A DNA stretch of 64,000 nt from Eledone cirrhosa. Lineage: Eukaryota. This document shows positions 25,698-37,799 of the stretch, one piece after another. Positions within the stretch are counted from its first letter, which is position 1; each line of letters begins with the position of its first letter. The notes under the pieces are model-generated. The model was given only the letters and a program-made list of their open reading frames with translations, was not told the origin of the DNA and made no database searches. The translations under genes and the position numbers were made by a program. The DNA lies in the NCBI GenBank assembly GCA_964016885.1, contig OZ024756.1, positions 9,858,001 to 9,922,000 on the forward strand. Reading direction: 5' to 3'.

Positions 25698-26076
25698 TAT
25701 ATATATATGAGTCTCGGGTTCAATCGGAGGTAACTACAGTAAGGTACTCAATATATTAGTAAAGTATATACAATGTTTAGTATAGAAATGGCTTCTTCAG
25801 CACTAGAACTTTCATTCGCAGGAAATGATCAGGAAAGTCCTAATTTCTACACCAACGCACACAGAATGAGATACGTTATATAATTATATATTTATATATT
25901 TCTGTGTTTGCAAGTGTGTGTATATATATCTATTGAACTCAGTACTGTATATATTTATATTTACAATGTGTCTTTCTGTGTATGTCACTATAGGGGTGTA
26001 TGTGTTGGCCTTATCTTTGTGGAAGCCTGCTTCTTTATACATTAACCTGTGTATATATGTGTGTGTATATACTGTT

Positions 26077-26473
26077 GCATGTAGTGAACATGGGTTTGTG
26101 TGTGTCTGTGTATATACTCTCACATGTAGTGAACATGGGTTTGTGTGTGTGTGTGTGTGTATATACTCTCACATGTAGTGAACATGGGTTTGTGTGTGTG
26201 TGTGTATATACTCTCACATGTAGTGAACATGGGTTTGTGTGTGTGTATGTAATATATATATATATATATATATATGAGTGTGTATATACACACACCCACA
26301 TATACACTAGTAGGGAACATGAGTGTGTATGTGTGTGTTTCCACTGTGTGTGTATGTGTTTCTACTCTATGTGTTTGTGTGTATATGTTTGTACTCTGTA
26401 TGTATGTGTGTGTGTGTGTGTATACATTTGTTTATATGAAAATGTATTTATTTATATGCACACATATTAATTG

Positions 26474-26512
<39 letters not shown>

Positions 26513-26767
26513 ATATGCGAGTGTGCATGTGCGGGACTGCTCATTGTTTTGATTATTCCAATTCAGCTCAGTGTCAGGGGCATTATTGCTACAATGTGTG
26601 TGTATGTGTATGTGTATGTGTGTGTATTTGTGTGTGTATGTATGTGTGTATGTATTTGTGTATGTGCATGTGTGTGTATGTATGTATGTGTGTAAGAGAG
26701 AGAAACCAGCCAAAGACCCTCAAGTTAGATGGGATATACATATATACATATATACATACATATATAT

Positions 26768-26798
<31 letters not shown>

Positions 26799-26830
26799 CA
26801 TACGTATGTATGTGTGTGCATATGTATGTA

Positions 26831-26885
<55 letters not shown>

Positions 26886-27510
26886 TGTTAAAGAGTTTAC
26901 CATACGAAGCAGCAGATCTTACTATGGTGGAAGAGTCTACTGTATAATTGAGGAACAGTTCACTTCAGAACAGCTTTTATATGTTTTCACTTGGAACAGA
27001 ATGGGAGAGAGAGGTAGGGAGAGAGAGAGGGACAGAGAAGTAGAGAGAGAGAGGGGGACATAGAGGTAGAGCGAGAGAGAGGGGTAGAGAGAGATAGAAC
27101 GAGGGACAAAGTGGTAGAGAGAGATAGAGCGAGAGAGAAAGAGGTAGAGAGATAGAGCGAGAGACAGGTAGAGAGAGATAGAACGAGAGAGAGAGTGAGG
27201 TAGAGAGAGATAGAGCGAGAGAGATATAAGTAGATAAAGAAAGCTAGACAATACTAGACATACCTCCCCCACTACATCCCTCTCATGTATATTGTGGTGT
27301 GTATGTGTGTAATTGTGTGTGTGTGTAATTGTGGTGTGTGTAATTGTGGTGTGTGTGTAATTGTGGTGTGTGTGTGTAATTGTGGTGTGTATGTGTGTGT
27401 GTGTAATTGTGGTGTGTGTGTGTGTGTATACATTATGTGTGTGTGTGTATTGTGTGTGTATACATTGTGTGTGTGTGTATTGCGTGTGTGTACATTATGT
27501 ATGTGTGTAT

Positions 27511-27549
<39 letters not shown>

Positions 27550-27875
27550 TGTGTGTGTTTACATTATGTGTGTGTGTGTGTGTGTGTGTGTACATTGTGT
27601 GTGTGTGTGTATTATGTGTGTATACATTATGTGTGTGTGTATTGTGTGTGTGTACATTATGTGTGTATTGTGTGTGTATACATTATGTGTGTGTGTGTGT
27701 ATTGTGTGTGTATTGTGTGTGTGTACATTATGTCATTATCTGTGTGTGTGTGTGTACATTATGTGTGTGTGTGTATACATTATGTGTATGTGTGTGTGTG
27801 GGAGATCCGAATGACTTTAAAAATTCCATGGAGTATCAAGATTGCATAATTGGTATGACAGCTTCTATATACATA

Positions 27876-27908
<33 letters not shown>

Positions 27909-28459
27909 GTGTGTGTGTGTATATATGTATATATATATATATATGTGTATATATATGTATATATATATATGTATTTGTATGTGTATATATATATCTATAT
28001 TTTTTATGTATATGTATATATATATATCTATATATATTTTTATGTATGTATATGTATATATATCTATATATATCTATATATATCTTTATGTAATCTTTAT
28101 ATATGTATATATATCTTTATATATGTATGTATATATATCTTTATATATGTATATATATCTTTATATATGTATGTATATATATCTTTATATATGTATATAT
28201 ATCTTTATATATGTATATATATCTTTATATATGTATGTATATATATCTTTATATATGTATATATATCTTTATATATGTATATATATCTTTATATATGTAT
28301 GTATATATATCTTTATACATGTATATTTATGTATATATATATATATCTTTATATATGTATATATATATATATGTATGTATATATGTCTTTATATATAACC
28401 CATGCTAGTGTGGTAAATGGACGTTAAACGAAGATGATGATATGTATATATATCTTTAT

Positions 28460-28509
<50 letters not shown>

Positions 28510-28530
28510 TTATATATGTATATATATATA
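26077..28530. repeat. compound (GT)n/(GA)n/(TA)n microsatellite and short minisatellite region
   Basis: Low-complexity repeats, including 4 copies of acatgtagtgaacatgggtttgtg. Confidence 0.85.
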
Positions 28531-28538
28531 TATATCTA

Positions 28539-28855
28539 TCATCATCATCACTGTTTTACGTCCATTCTTCCAAACTAGCATGGGTTAGACAGGTTGTCCT
28601 GTTGTGGGCAGTGTCCAGTCGGCTGACCTTGTCTTGCTCATACAGGAACTGATTCTGGCTTGATTTCTACAGTCGGATGCCCTTCCTAACACCAACCTCA
28701 TTTACAGTGAGTGCTGGGTGATTTTTTGTTGTGGCGCCTACACGTCCACTTTGCAGTGGGACGGGTGTGGGCATATTGTCTATATGCTTCAGCTTTGGCT
28801 TCCACCCATGGGGGGGGTCGGGTCTTCTGTATTACTGCGCGACACCAGAGGTCAT
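28539..28855 (-). mobile_element. RTE family A 3' UTR fragment
   Basis: Matches 55372-55735, with a (GAT)n tail. Confidence 0.85.
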
Positions 28856-29314
28856 ATATATATTCTTTTACTCTTTTACCTGCTCCAGCCATCCGGCTAG
28901 GGCCATGCTGGGGCACCACCCTTGTTGCTACACATATGCATATATATCTATATATGTATATGTATGTATATATATATATGTATGTATATATATATATATG
29001 TATATATATATATGTATATATATATATGTATGTATATATATATATATGTATGTATATATATATATATGTATGTATATATATATATGTATGTATATATATA
29101 TATGTATGTATATATATATATGTATGTATATATATATATGTATGTATATATATATATGTATGTATGTATATATATGTATGTATATGTATGTATATATATA
29201 TATGTATGTATATATATGTATATATATATGTATGTATATATATGTATATGTATGTATATATATATGTATGTATGTATATGTATGTATATATATGTATATA
29301 TATATGTATGTTAT

Positions 29315-29919
29315 GTCAGGTCACCACTTGGTGCTACTGGTAACATGTATCCCAGTACAACCTGTCTCATGGTCGGGTCGTTGGCGACTAAACTGGCAAC
29401 CCCACCAAGGTTTCTTGGTGAGGAGGGTGACTTTGGGCATCCTGCAGGACTAAAAACAAAACCTGTCAAAGGGCAAACAGCTCTTAAGAGTCAATGGCCA
29501 TCCAGAATCACCGGGAGAGATGACCCCTTAGCCTTTGTCAAGGCAGAATTCTAGGAGAAGGAAAACTCTGATATAACACCTGCAACCCTGATGGTATCCA
29601 ATGATGTTGACTTGTTCTTCTTTTTGGTAAATATCATCTTGGTTAAGAGAGTGGGACTGGCTTTGTGCAGTGCCTTTGCTCACTATAAAAGCTTCACGGC
29701 ACAGGCATTGCTTTATATCTGGAGATCTCTCTGCACTTGTCGTCACATGGTACCATGGGCCTAGCACTATGTGTCAATAATTGTCACAAGTGTAGTGTTT
29801 GTACCAGAGTTTTCAAGTCGCTGGCTGGACTAAAAAGTCAGTCATTCAGCGCATCGGTAGAGGTTCTCCTACATGGATATGAAGTAGTGGCCGTACTCGA
29901 AAACGAGTTGGCAGCCACC
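29315..29919 (+). mobile_element. non-autonomous bipartite RTE (BovB-like) derivative: 5' UTR-like part joined to the C-terminal C2H2 finger and 3' end
   Basis: [19 protein letters not shown] motif near the 3' end, no RT. The 3' ~370 bp recur at 39361-39731. Confidence 0.6.
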
Positions 29920-30138
29920 ATATATATGTATGTATGTATGTATGTATATATATATGTATGTATGTATATATATCTATATATATGTATGTATGTATGTATA
30001 TATATATGTATGTATGTATATATATCTATATATATGTATGTATGTATATATATCTATATATATGTATGTATGTATATATATCTATATATATGTATGTATG
30101 TATATATATCTATATATATGTATGTATATATATATATG

Positions 30139-30172
<34 letters not shown>

Positions 30173-30772
30173 TATGTATATATATGTATATATATGTATA
30201 TATATGTATGTATATATGTATGTATATATATCTATATATATGTATATATATATGTATATATATAGCTCAAATATATATATATATATAGCTCATATATATA
30301 TATATATAGCTCATATATATATATATATAGCTCAAATATATATATATAGCTCAAATATATATATATATAGCTCAAATATATATATATAGCTCAAATATAT
30401 ATATATATATATAGCTCAAATATATCATCATCATCATCATCACCGTTTTACGTCCGTTCTTCCACGCTAGCATGGGTTAGACGGGTTGTCCTGGGCAGTG
30501 TCTGGTCGGCTGACCATGCCTTGCTCATACAGGAACTGATCTGGCTTGATTTCTACAGCTGGATGCCCTTCCTAACACCAACCTCATTTACAGTGAGTGC
30601 TGGGTGCTTATATATATATATAGATCAAATATATATATATATATATAGCTCAAATATATATATGTAGCTCATATGTAGCTCAAATATATATATATATATA
30701 TATAGCTCAAATATATATATATATATAGCTCAAATATATATATATAGCTCAAATATATATATATATATAGCT

Positions 30773-30816
<44 letters not shown>

Positions 30817-31104
30817 CAAATAACGAAACGAAATTAAATTTCGTTTCGTTTGTAACTCACTTTTGTATGACTGACGCTTAAACAATTAAGTTAAAAATGT
30901 ACATCCACATATGTATACTGAAATACTAGTATGCATATGAATACACACACGTATACATATGTAGATGTACCAAGTTTTTCACTGGTCACTTTACTGTGAG
31001 TGTCCAGCTATTCTGTATGTAAACACACAGACAAACCGGTTTTTAGAGTCATACTGGTTTTTGAGGAAACACCTTTCCTCTATTCTCCAGAAAGCCAGAC
31101 AAGG

Positions 31105-31149
31105 AATATTGAACTAGTTTCGTTGTTGTTACAACTCATCAGCAATATT
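31105..31149 (-). ncRNA. minimal type I hammerhead ribozyme
   Basis: Minus strand reads aatattg CTGATGA gttg-taacaa-caac GAAA c-ta-g TT ^ caatatt: perfect 7-bp stem I, 4-bp stem II, palindromic stem III aactagtt. Confidence 0.85.
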
Positions 31150-31571
31150 TACCTATCTTCCGGCCTTTCTAGAGAATCGTAAAAGCACATATCGTTATAT
31201 GCCTTTTCTATGAAAATTAGTAGTGGGCAGACTAATTTGCATAGAGCGTGTGTACGTACCGGTTCAACGGAGACGATAAAAACAAATAACGAAACGAAAT
31301 TAAATTTTCGTTTCGTTTGTAACTCACTTTTTTATGACTGACGCTTAAACAATTAAGTTAAAAATGTACATCCACATATGTATACTGAAATACTAGTATG
31401 CATATGAATACACACACGTATACATATGTAGATGTACCGAGTTTTTCACTGGTCACTTTACTGTGAGTGTCCAGCTATTCTGTATGTAAACACACAGACA
31501 AACCGGTTTTTAGAGTCATACTGGTTTTTGAGGAAACACCTTTCCTCTATTCTCCAGAAAGCCAGACAAGG

Positions 31572-31616
31572 AATATTGAACTAGTTTCGTTGTTGTTACA
31601 ACTCATCAGCAATATT
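31572..31616 (-). ncRNA. minimal type I hammerhead ribozyme (second tandem copy)
   Basis: Identical to 31105-31149, 467 bp away. Confidence 0.85.
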
Positions 31617-31810
31617 TACCTATCTTCCGGCCTTTCTAGAGAATCGTAAAAGCACATATCGTTATATGCCTTTTCTATGAAAATTAGTAGTGGGCAGACT
31701 AATTTGCATAGAGCGTGAGTACGTACCGGTTCAACGAAGACGATAAAAACAAATAACGAAACGAAATTAAATTTCGTTTCGTTTGTAACTCATATATATA
31801 TATATAGCTC

Positions 31811-31862
<52 letters not shown>

Positions 31863-32579
31863 CTCAAATATATATATATATATATATCATCATCATCATC
31901 ATCATCAACGTTTAACGTCCGTGTTCCACGCTTGCATGGGTTTGGACGGGGGTTTTCCCACTTGAGGCAAGAGTGGTTGTCTTGCTCGCATAGGACTGTC
32001 TGGTGGGTTTTCTACAGCTGGATGCCCTTCCTAACACCAACCACATTTACAGTGTGGGGCTGGGAGGTTTTTACCGTGTTGCCTACACGGCCACATTTAC
32101 AGCGTGGACTGTGTGTTTTTTTGTCGTGACACCTACACGATCTCATTTGTTTCGGCCTGGATGTTGTGGCACCAACATAACTTTGATGATGATGATGATG
32201 ATATATAGCTCAAATATATATATATAGCTCAAATATATATATATAGCTCAAATATATATATATATAGCTCAAATATATATATATATAGCTCAAATATATA
32301 TACATATATAGCTCAAATATATATACATATATAGCTCAAATATATATATATATATATATAGCTCAAATATATATATATATATATATATATATAGCTCAAA
32401 TATATATAGCTCAAATATATATATATAGCTCAAATATATATATATATAGCTCAAATATATATATATATAGCTCAAATATATATATATATATAACTCAAAG
32501 CCCAAAACTCTGACCCAATTCGAGGAACTCATTTGTCATACTCACTTACTGCCTGAGTTCCTGTTGAACAATACTGTAG

Positions 32580-32840
32580 ATGTTGTGGCTGTAATGCTGT
32601 AGTGTGGTGTTGTGGAGGTGTCGTGTTGTGGAGGTGTCGTGTTGTGGAGGTGTGGTGTGGTGTTGTGGAGGTGTGGTGTTGTGGTGTTGTGGAGGTGTGG
32701 TGTTGTGGCTGCGGTGTTGTGGTGTTGTGGAGGTTTGGTGTTGTGGAGGTGTGGTGTTGTAGCTGTGGTGGTGTGGTGTTGTGGAGGTGTGGTGTTGTGG
32801 CTGTGGTGTTGTGGTGGTGTGGCTGTGATGTTGTGGCCGT
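32580..32840. repeat. (GTG/TTG)-rich microsatellite
   Basis: Low-complexity gtggtgttgtggag repeats. Confidence 0.9.
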
Positions 32841-33084
32841 AATGCTATGCCACTGTCCAATTAGATGCCCTCTCCCCTGCTGTCCTATTAAATATACAAC
32901 CCTCATAAACTTCACACATCTCTGTGTTCTTAGTCACATACTTTATATTGCTTTTACCTCCTTATATTTATTTCCTCTTGTCTCATTTTAAAGTCATAAT
33001 ATATTCTTGCTTCCACCTCCACCACAACAATACAGCAACAAATATAGCAACACTAGAGAAAGAAATAGGCAAAATTATTAATAA

Positions 33085-33115
<31 letters not shown>

Positions 33116-33145
33116 GTAATAATAATGATAATGATGATAATAATA

Positions 33146-33995
33146 ATGATTTCATTTATTAGCCACCAGGGCCGACATGTAGGGGACAATACAAAGACAG
33201 GGACACCACACCTCCACAACACCACAATGGCAAGACTAATTTAACAATGAAAATATAAAAATATAAAATAAACTATGCATAAATATAACAAAATAAATTC
33301 CCCGATAGGGGGTGGACGGCCCTGGGGTGCTTCAGGTACCCCACCAATCTTGAACCACCCTGCGCTTCTAGGGCACCCAGGGAGAGCACCCCTCTCCTCA
33401 AGTTAGCCAGCCTATAGGCGCATGGTCAGAGTAGGCCCATTCACACGAGCCATTCTCGCCACATTCACCCACCTTTTAGCAAATGTACTGGGAGGGGGCA
33501 GCACTTCTCTCTCCACCCTCACCTTCCTTTCCAGGTGAAACTTGAAGAAGTTGATGAGGGATTGGCCGAAGAGAAAAGTGTCTGTCTTTAGTCCTTTCAA
33601 CCTGGTCATAATAGTAATAATAATGATTTCTTTATTAACCACAAGGGTTTACATAAAGTAGACATTAAGGACAGTGCAGGACAATACAGGACGGTACAAA
33701 TGGGTATTTCTGCGTGTAAAAAACAAAAACAGAGGATGTAACAAAAAAATAACAATGAAAAATTCCCCAATAGGGGGGGAGATTTCGGAGGGACATTTGT
33801 GGAGAAAGCCCAGTAAAAGGCCACAGTGACCCTGACCACCAAGGCAAGTGCCCTCTCCCAGTTTTCCACCTTTAATTTACAGATACGTACTCAGAGTAGG
33901 CCCATTCACTCGGGCCATTCTTGCTTCTCTCACCCATCTTTCAACAAAATGATGGGAAGAGAGCACTTCCCTCTCTACCCTGATTTTCCTTTTCA
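33146..33995 (-). mobile_element. stack of Tx1-like 3' fragments (33146-33607, 33624-33860, ~33890-33995), mostly bounded by AAT repeats
   Basis: TRLKGLKTDTFLFGQSLINFFKFHLERKVRVERE..RWVNVARMARVNGPTL. 3' UTRs match 20191-20460 and 1258-1960. Confidence 0.85.
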
Positions 33996-34364
33996 AATAG
34001 TAATAATAATGAAAATGATATTATTTCTGGCAGCCAAAAACAAACACATCATTATTACTCTAATATAAATAAATACATATGTATTTTTATTTCAGTTTTT
34101 TTTAAATATTTTACACACAACTTCAGCTGTTTTAAGATAATAATACAAGAAAGAATGATTATTATTTCAATATATATATATATATACACACATTTATATA
34201 TATATATAAATATACTTATACATATATATATATATAAATATACATTTACATACATTTATATATATATATATATTATATATCATCATCATCATCGTTTAAC
34301 GTCTATCTTCCACGCTAGCATGGGTTTATATATATGTATATATATATATATTTATATCATCATC

Positions 34365-34697
34365 ATCATCATCATTTTACATCCGCTTTTCCTTACTTGC
34401 AAGGGTGGGACGGGAACTGATTCTGGCTTGATTTCTACAGCTGGATGCCCTTCCTAACACCAACCTCATTTACAGTGAGTGCTGGGTGCTTTTTTGCCGT
34501 GGCACCTCCACGACCACTTTGCAGTGGAATGATAGGGACCCCAGTCCCTATCATCTCATTTCTACAGCTGAGTAAACTGGAGCAATGTGAAATAAAGTGT
34601 CTTGCTCAAGGAAACAACACATCACCCGGTCTGAGAATTGAACTCACAACCTTTCGATTGCAAGGCCAATACTCTAACCACTAAGCCATGTGCCTCC
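34365..34697 (-). mobile_element. tRNA-derived SINE with CORE-like domain and RTE-derived tail
   Basis: Box A tggcttagtggtt, box B gagttcaattct, ccttgagcaagacacttt, tail ..ggatgtaaaa(tga)n. Other copies at 44247-44588, 49727-50008 and 57387-57660. Confidence 0.85.
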
Positions 34698-35184
34698 CTA
34701 TATATATGTGTGTGTGTGTGTGATGGTGAAATGAACGGACCTGCTTCTTTCTCAAATACATTTTTTTGTTTCTTTTTACACCTAATCACTCCTCTCTTGT
34801 TTAATTCCTCACTCTATTTTCTGATGATAGACTAGCATCAGAAACTAGAATATATCTTCATCGTACTCCACCTGATGTGTTTTTTCCGTTTATTTTTCAC
34901 ACACACACATATTATATAGATGTGTGTATATATATATATATATATATAATAATATATTTAGAAACACACAGATACATGCGGACACACACATATACATGAA
35001 TGCATCCGCACCCAACCGTGAGTTAAGGGTGCCAACTTCACCGATGTTGCTCAATGAATGACTGGGACAGACCAATCCGGTTGAACCAGACTGAACCAGT
35101 ATCAGAGTTAAAAATACATTATGAAGAGAGAAGAAACATTTAGATATAATTAGTAATAAAATGTATCATACCTAAACTGCTCCT

Positions 35185-35283
35185 AGATTCCTCGACTACG
35201 TAGTTTCGTGGCATAAACAAAAACAATACATCATAAAGATATAGAGTCCTTGCGAGGTCTGCCGACTTATCAAGAGGATACCT
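35185..35283 (-). ncRNA. type I hammerhead ribozyme, U3-A8 core variant, long stem II
   Basis: aggtatcctc TTGATAA gt(c)ggca...tgccac GAAA ctacgtag TC ^ gaggaatct, with palindromic stem III. Confidence 0.75.
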
Positions 35284-36153
35284 CATTTTACTAGTCTCTA
35301 GAATGCGTCTACACGACGTGAGAAAGAATCCCAAAAGGCGGAGGGGGAGATAGTCACGCGATATAACGGTCGAGAAACAGAGCTAAGCCTCTTATAACCC
35401 CGAAGAAAATACCACGGAGGCGGAGGGGGTATTTATATCGAAGCCGTAGAAGAGGTGGTGAAGGAGGCGAGAAGTATGAGTAATGGAAGCTTTTCAGCAG
35501 TCCCCACACTTCAAAGATTGCTCGACCAGAGGGAGTTATTAACAATATATTTAGAAACACACAGATACATGCGGACACACACATATACATGAATGCATCT
35601 GCACCCAACCGTGAGTTAAGGGTGCCAACTTCACCGATGTTGCTCAATGAATGACTGGGACAGACCAATCCGGTTGAACCAGACTGAACCAGTATCAGAG
35701 TTAAAAATACATTATGAAGAGAGAAGAAACATTTAGATATAATTAGTAATAAAATGTATCATACCTAAACTGCTCCTAGATTCCTCGACTACGTAGTTTC
35801 GTGGCATAAACAAAAACAATACTCACGGTTGGGTGCGGATGCATTCATGTATATGTGTGTGTCCGCATGTATCTGTGTGTTTCTAAATATATTGTTAATA
35901 ACTCCCTCTGGTCGAGCAATCTTTGAAGTGTGGGGACTGCTGAAAAGCTTCCATTACTCATACTTCTCGCCTCCTTCACCACCTCTTCTACGGCTTCGAT
36001 ATAAATACCCCCTCCGCCTCCGTGGTATTTTCTTCGGGGTTATAAGAGGCTTAGCTCTGTTTCTCGACCGTTATATCGCGTGACTATCTCCCCCTCCGCC
36101 TTTTGGGATTCTTTCTCACGTCGTGTAGACGCGTTCTTGAGACTAGTAAAATG

Positions 36154-36252
36154 AGGTATCCTCTTGATAAGTCGGCAGACCTCGCAAGGACTCTATATCT
36201 TTATGATGTATTGTTTTTGTTTATGCCACGAAACTACGTAGTCGAGGAATCT
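36154..36252 (+). ncRNA. type I hammerhead ribozyme, U3-A8 variant (inverted copy)
   Basis: Same motif on the + strand. Predicted cleavage after GTC at 36243. Confidence 0.75.
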
Positions 36253-36317
36253 AGGAGCAGTTTAGGTATGATACATTTTATTACTAATTATATCTAAATG
36301 TTTCTTCTCTCTTCATA

Positions 36318-36350
<33 letters not shown>

Positions 36351-36479
36351 ATATGTATATATGTGTATGTATATATGTGTATATGTATGTATATGTATAT
36401 GTGTGTATGTATATATATAATTATATGTATATCATCATCTTCGTTTAACGTCCATCTTCCACGCTAGCATGGGTTAAAC

Positions 36480-36527
<48 letters not shown>

Positions 36528-36566
36528 ATATTAAATAAATGAAAACTATATTTATAAAACCATATT

Positions 36567-36628
36567 TATTCTATTCTATATATTTCAAGGGTATCAACAA
36601 TTTTGGTACGCTATCATCAGATAAAATA
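36567..36628 (-). ncRNA. decayed hammerhead ribozyme in a Penelope-type terminal-repeat fragment (36523-36700)
   Basis: tattttat CTGATGA ... GAAA tatata GA atagaata (U16.1 replaced by G). Flank is homologous to 46877-47030. Confidence 0.6.
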
Positions 36629-36753
36629 CGAAGAGTGTTTTATAAATATTTGACATGACCAAGGATAATATACCTTATCGGTTCAAGTTATCCTTGGATA
36701 TGTATATATATATGTATATATATATATATGTATGTATATATATAATTATGTGT

Positions 36754-37000
36754 AGCTGCATGGCTTAGTAGTTAAAGCATTGGGCTTGCAATCGAAAGGT
36801 TGTGAGTTCAATTCTCAGACCGGGTGATGTGTTGTTTCCTTGAGCATGACACTTTATTTCACGTTGCTCCAGTTTACTCAGCTGTAGAAATGAGTACCGG
36901 CCTGCCTGCCCAGCCAGTGGGATGGCGTTATCTTATGGCTAAAACAGCACGACGTGCTGTGACGAGCGGCACCGATTGGCGCCCGACAGATGCGTGACAG
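36754..37000 (+). mobile_element. tRNA/CORE-like SINE with an alternative 3' tail
   Basis: Head matches the 34365-34697 family up to gctgtagaaatgag, then diverges. Confidence 0.75.
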
Positions 37001-37799
37001 TTTTTTTCAAATATTAAGTTAATTAGAAATAATCAATTTATTAAATAACTTGAAATTTTTAGACTATAATATTTGAAAGAACCTAAGTTATTGTATTATA
37101 TCAAAATTAAAACAAATATAAAGTGAAAAAGATAATTTAACATAACTCCAAGGGTAATCAAGAGTATATTTAAATTATTAAATATAGTCAATAATTTATT
37201 TAGAAAGATTAAAATTAAAATTAAAAATGTTATTAATTAACAATAAAGCTTATAATGTAGTAAATATGATATTATTAAACCAGATTTATTTAGATATAAG
37301 CATTTGTATAGTTCATATATAAAGATTTAACTCGATATTTGTCAATTATATATAATATTAATTATTAGTTATAATTACACTTAAGAGTGTTATAAATTTG
37401 ATTTAACTAGATTTTACTGTATTCAAAATTATACATCAAGTTAAGTACAGATTATTAATCAATTTAGATAAAACGAAACTTTTATATACGATAAATGTAA
37501 ACAATATCCTTGTAAGACGTAAACAAACATTTAAAGTAATTAAACAGTTTACGAGTCTGAAGACATTACAGGTATCAAATTTATAAGATACAAGATTTAA
37601 AAAATACAAAATCAAAACTAAGTGTATTTAAACAATCTAGAGATTAAGATACTCTATAAGAGAGCAGGTAAACAATTTCTATGGTTAGGTAGAAACCTTA
37701 TATCCAATATTAATAATAGCAATAATAATAAAAGCATTACAAGAATTATCAATCAGAGTCAATATCATTTCACACTCGGAATTATTAATAAAAGTCGAA

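Larger units (their letters stand above)
30811..31792 (-). mobile_element. retrozyme-like tandem array: two ~467-bp units plus ~48 bp, one hammerhead ribozyme per full unit
   Basis: Unit starts at 30811, 31277 and 31744. No credible ORF. HHR motifs at 31105-31149 and 31572-31616. Confidence 0.8.
30262..32492. repeat. (TA)nGCTCAAA minisatellite hosting nested insertions (RTE tails 30425-30608 and 31887-32170; ribozyme array 30811-31792)
   Basis: Recurrent tagctcaaa separated by TA runs on both sides of each insert. Confidence 0.85.
34951..36319. mobile_element. non-coding hammerhead-carrying element: 593-bp partial tandem (34951-35820) plus inverted copy (35821-36319)
   Basis: Direct repeat with period 593 (34951 / 35544). 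35821-36319 is the reverse complement of 35118-35616. Flanked by (TA)n. Confidence 0.85.

Noticed and set aside
25790-25845. Hammerhead-like ctgatca..gaaagttcta on the minus strand
   Set aside because: The 3-8 pair is broken and no stem I forms; it looks like a simple hairpin.
34815-34855. Active hammerhead (CTGATGA..GAAACTAG)
   Set aside because: The UH cleavage site is missing and stems I and II are weak, so it is counted only as a decayed relic.
36770-36825. tRNA gene
   Set aside because: Box A/B belong to a multi-copy SINE head followed by a CORE-like body, and no complete cloverleaf is present.
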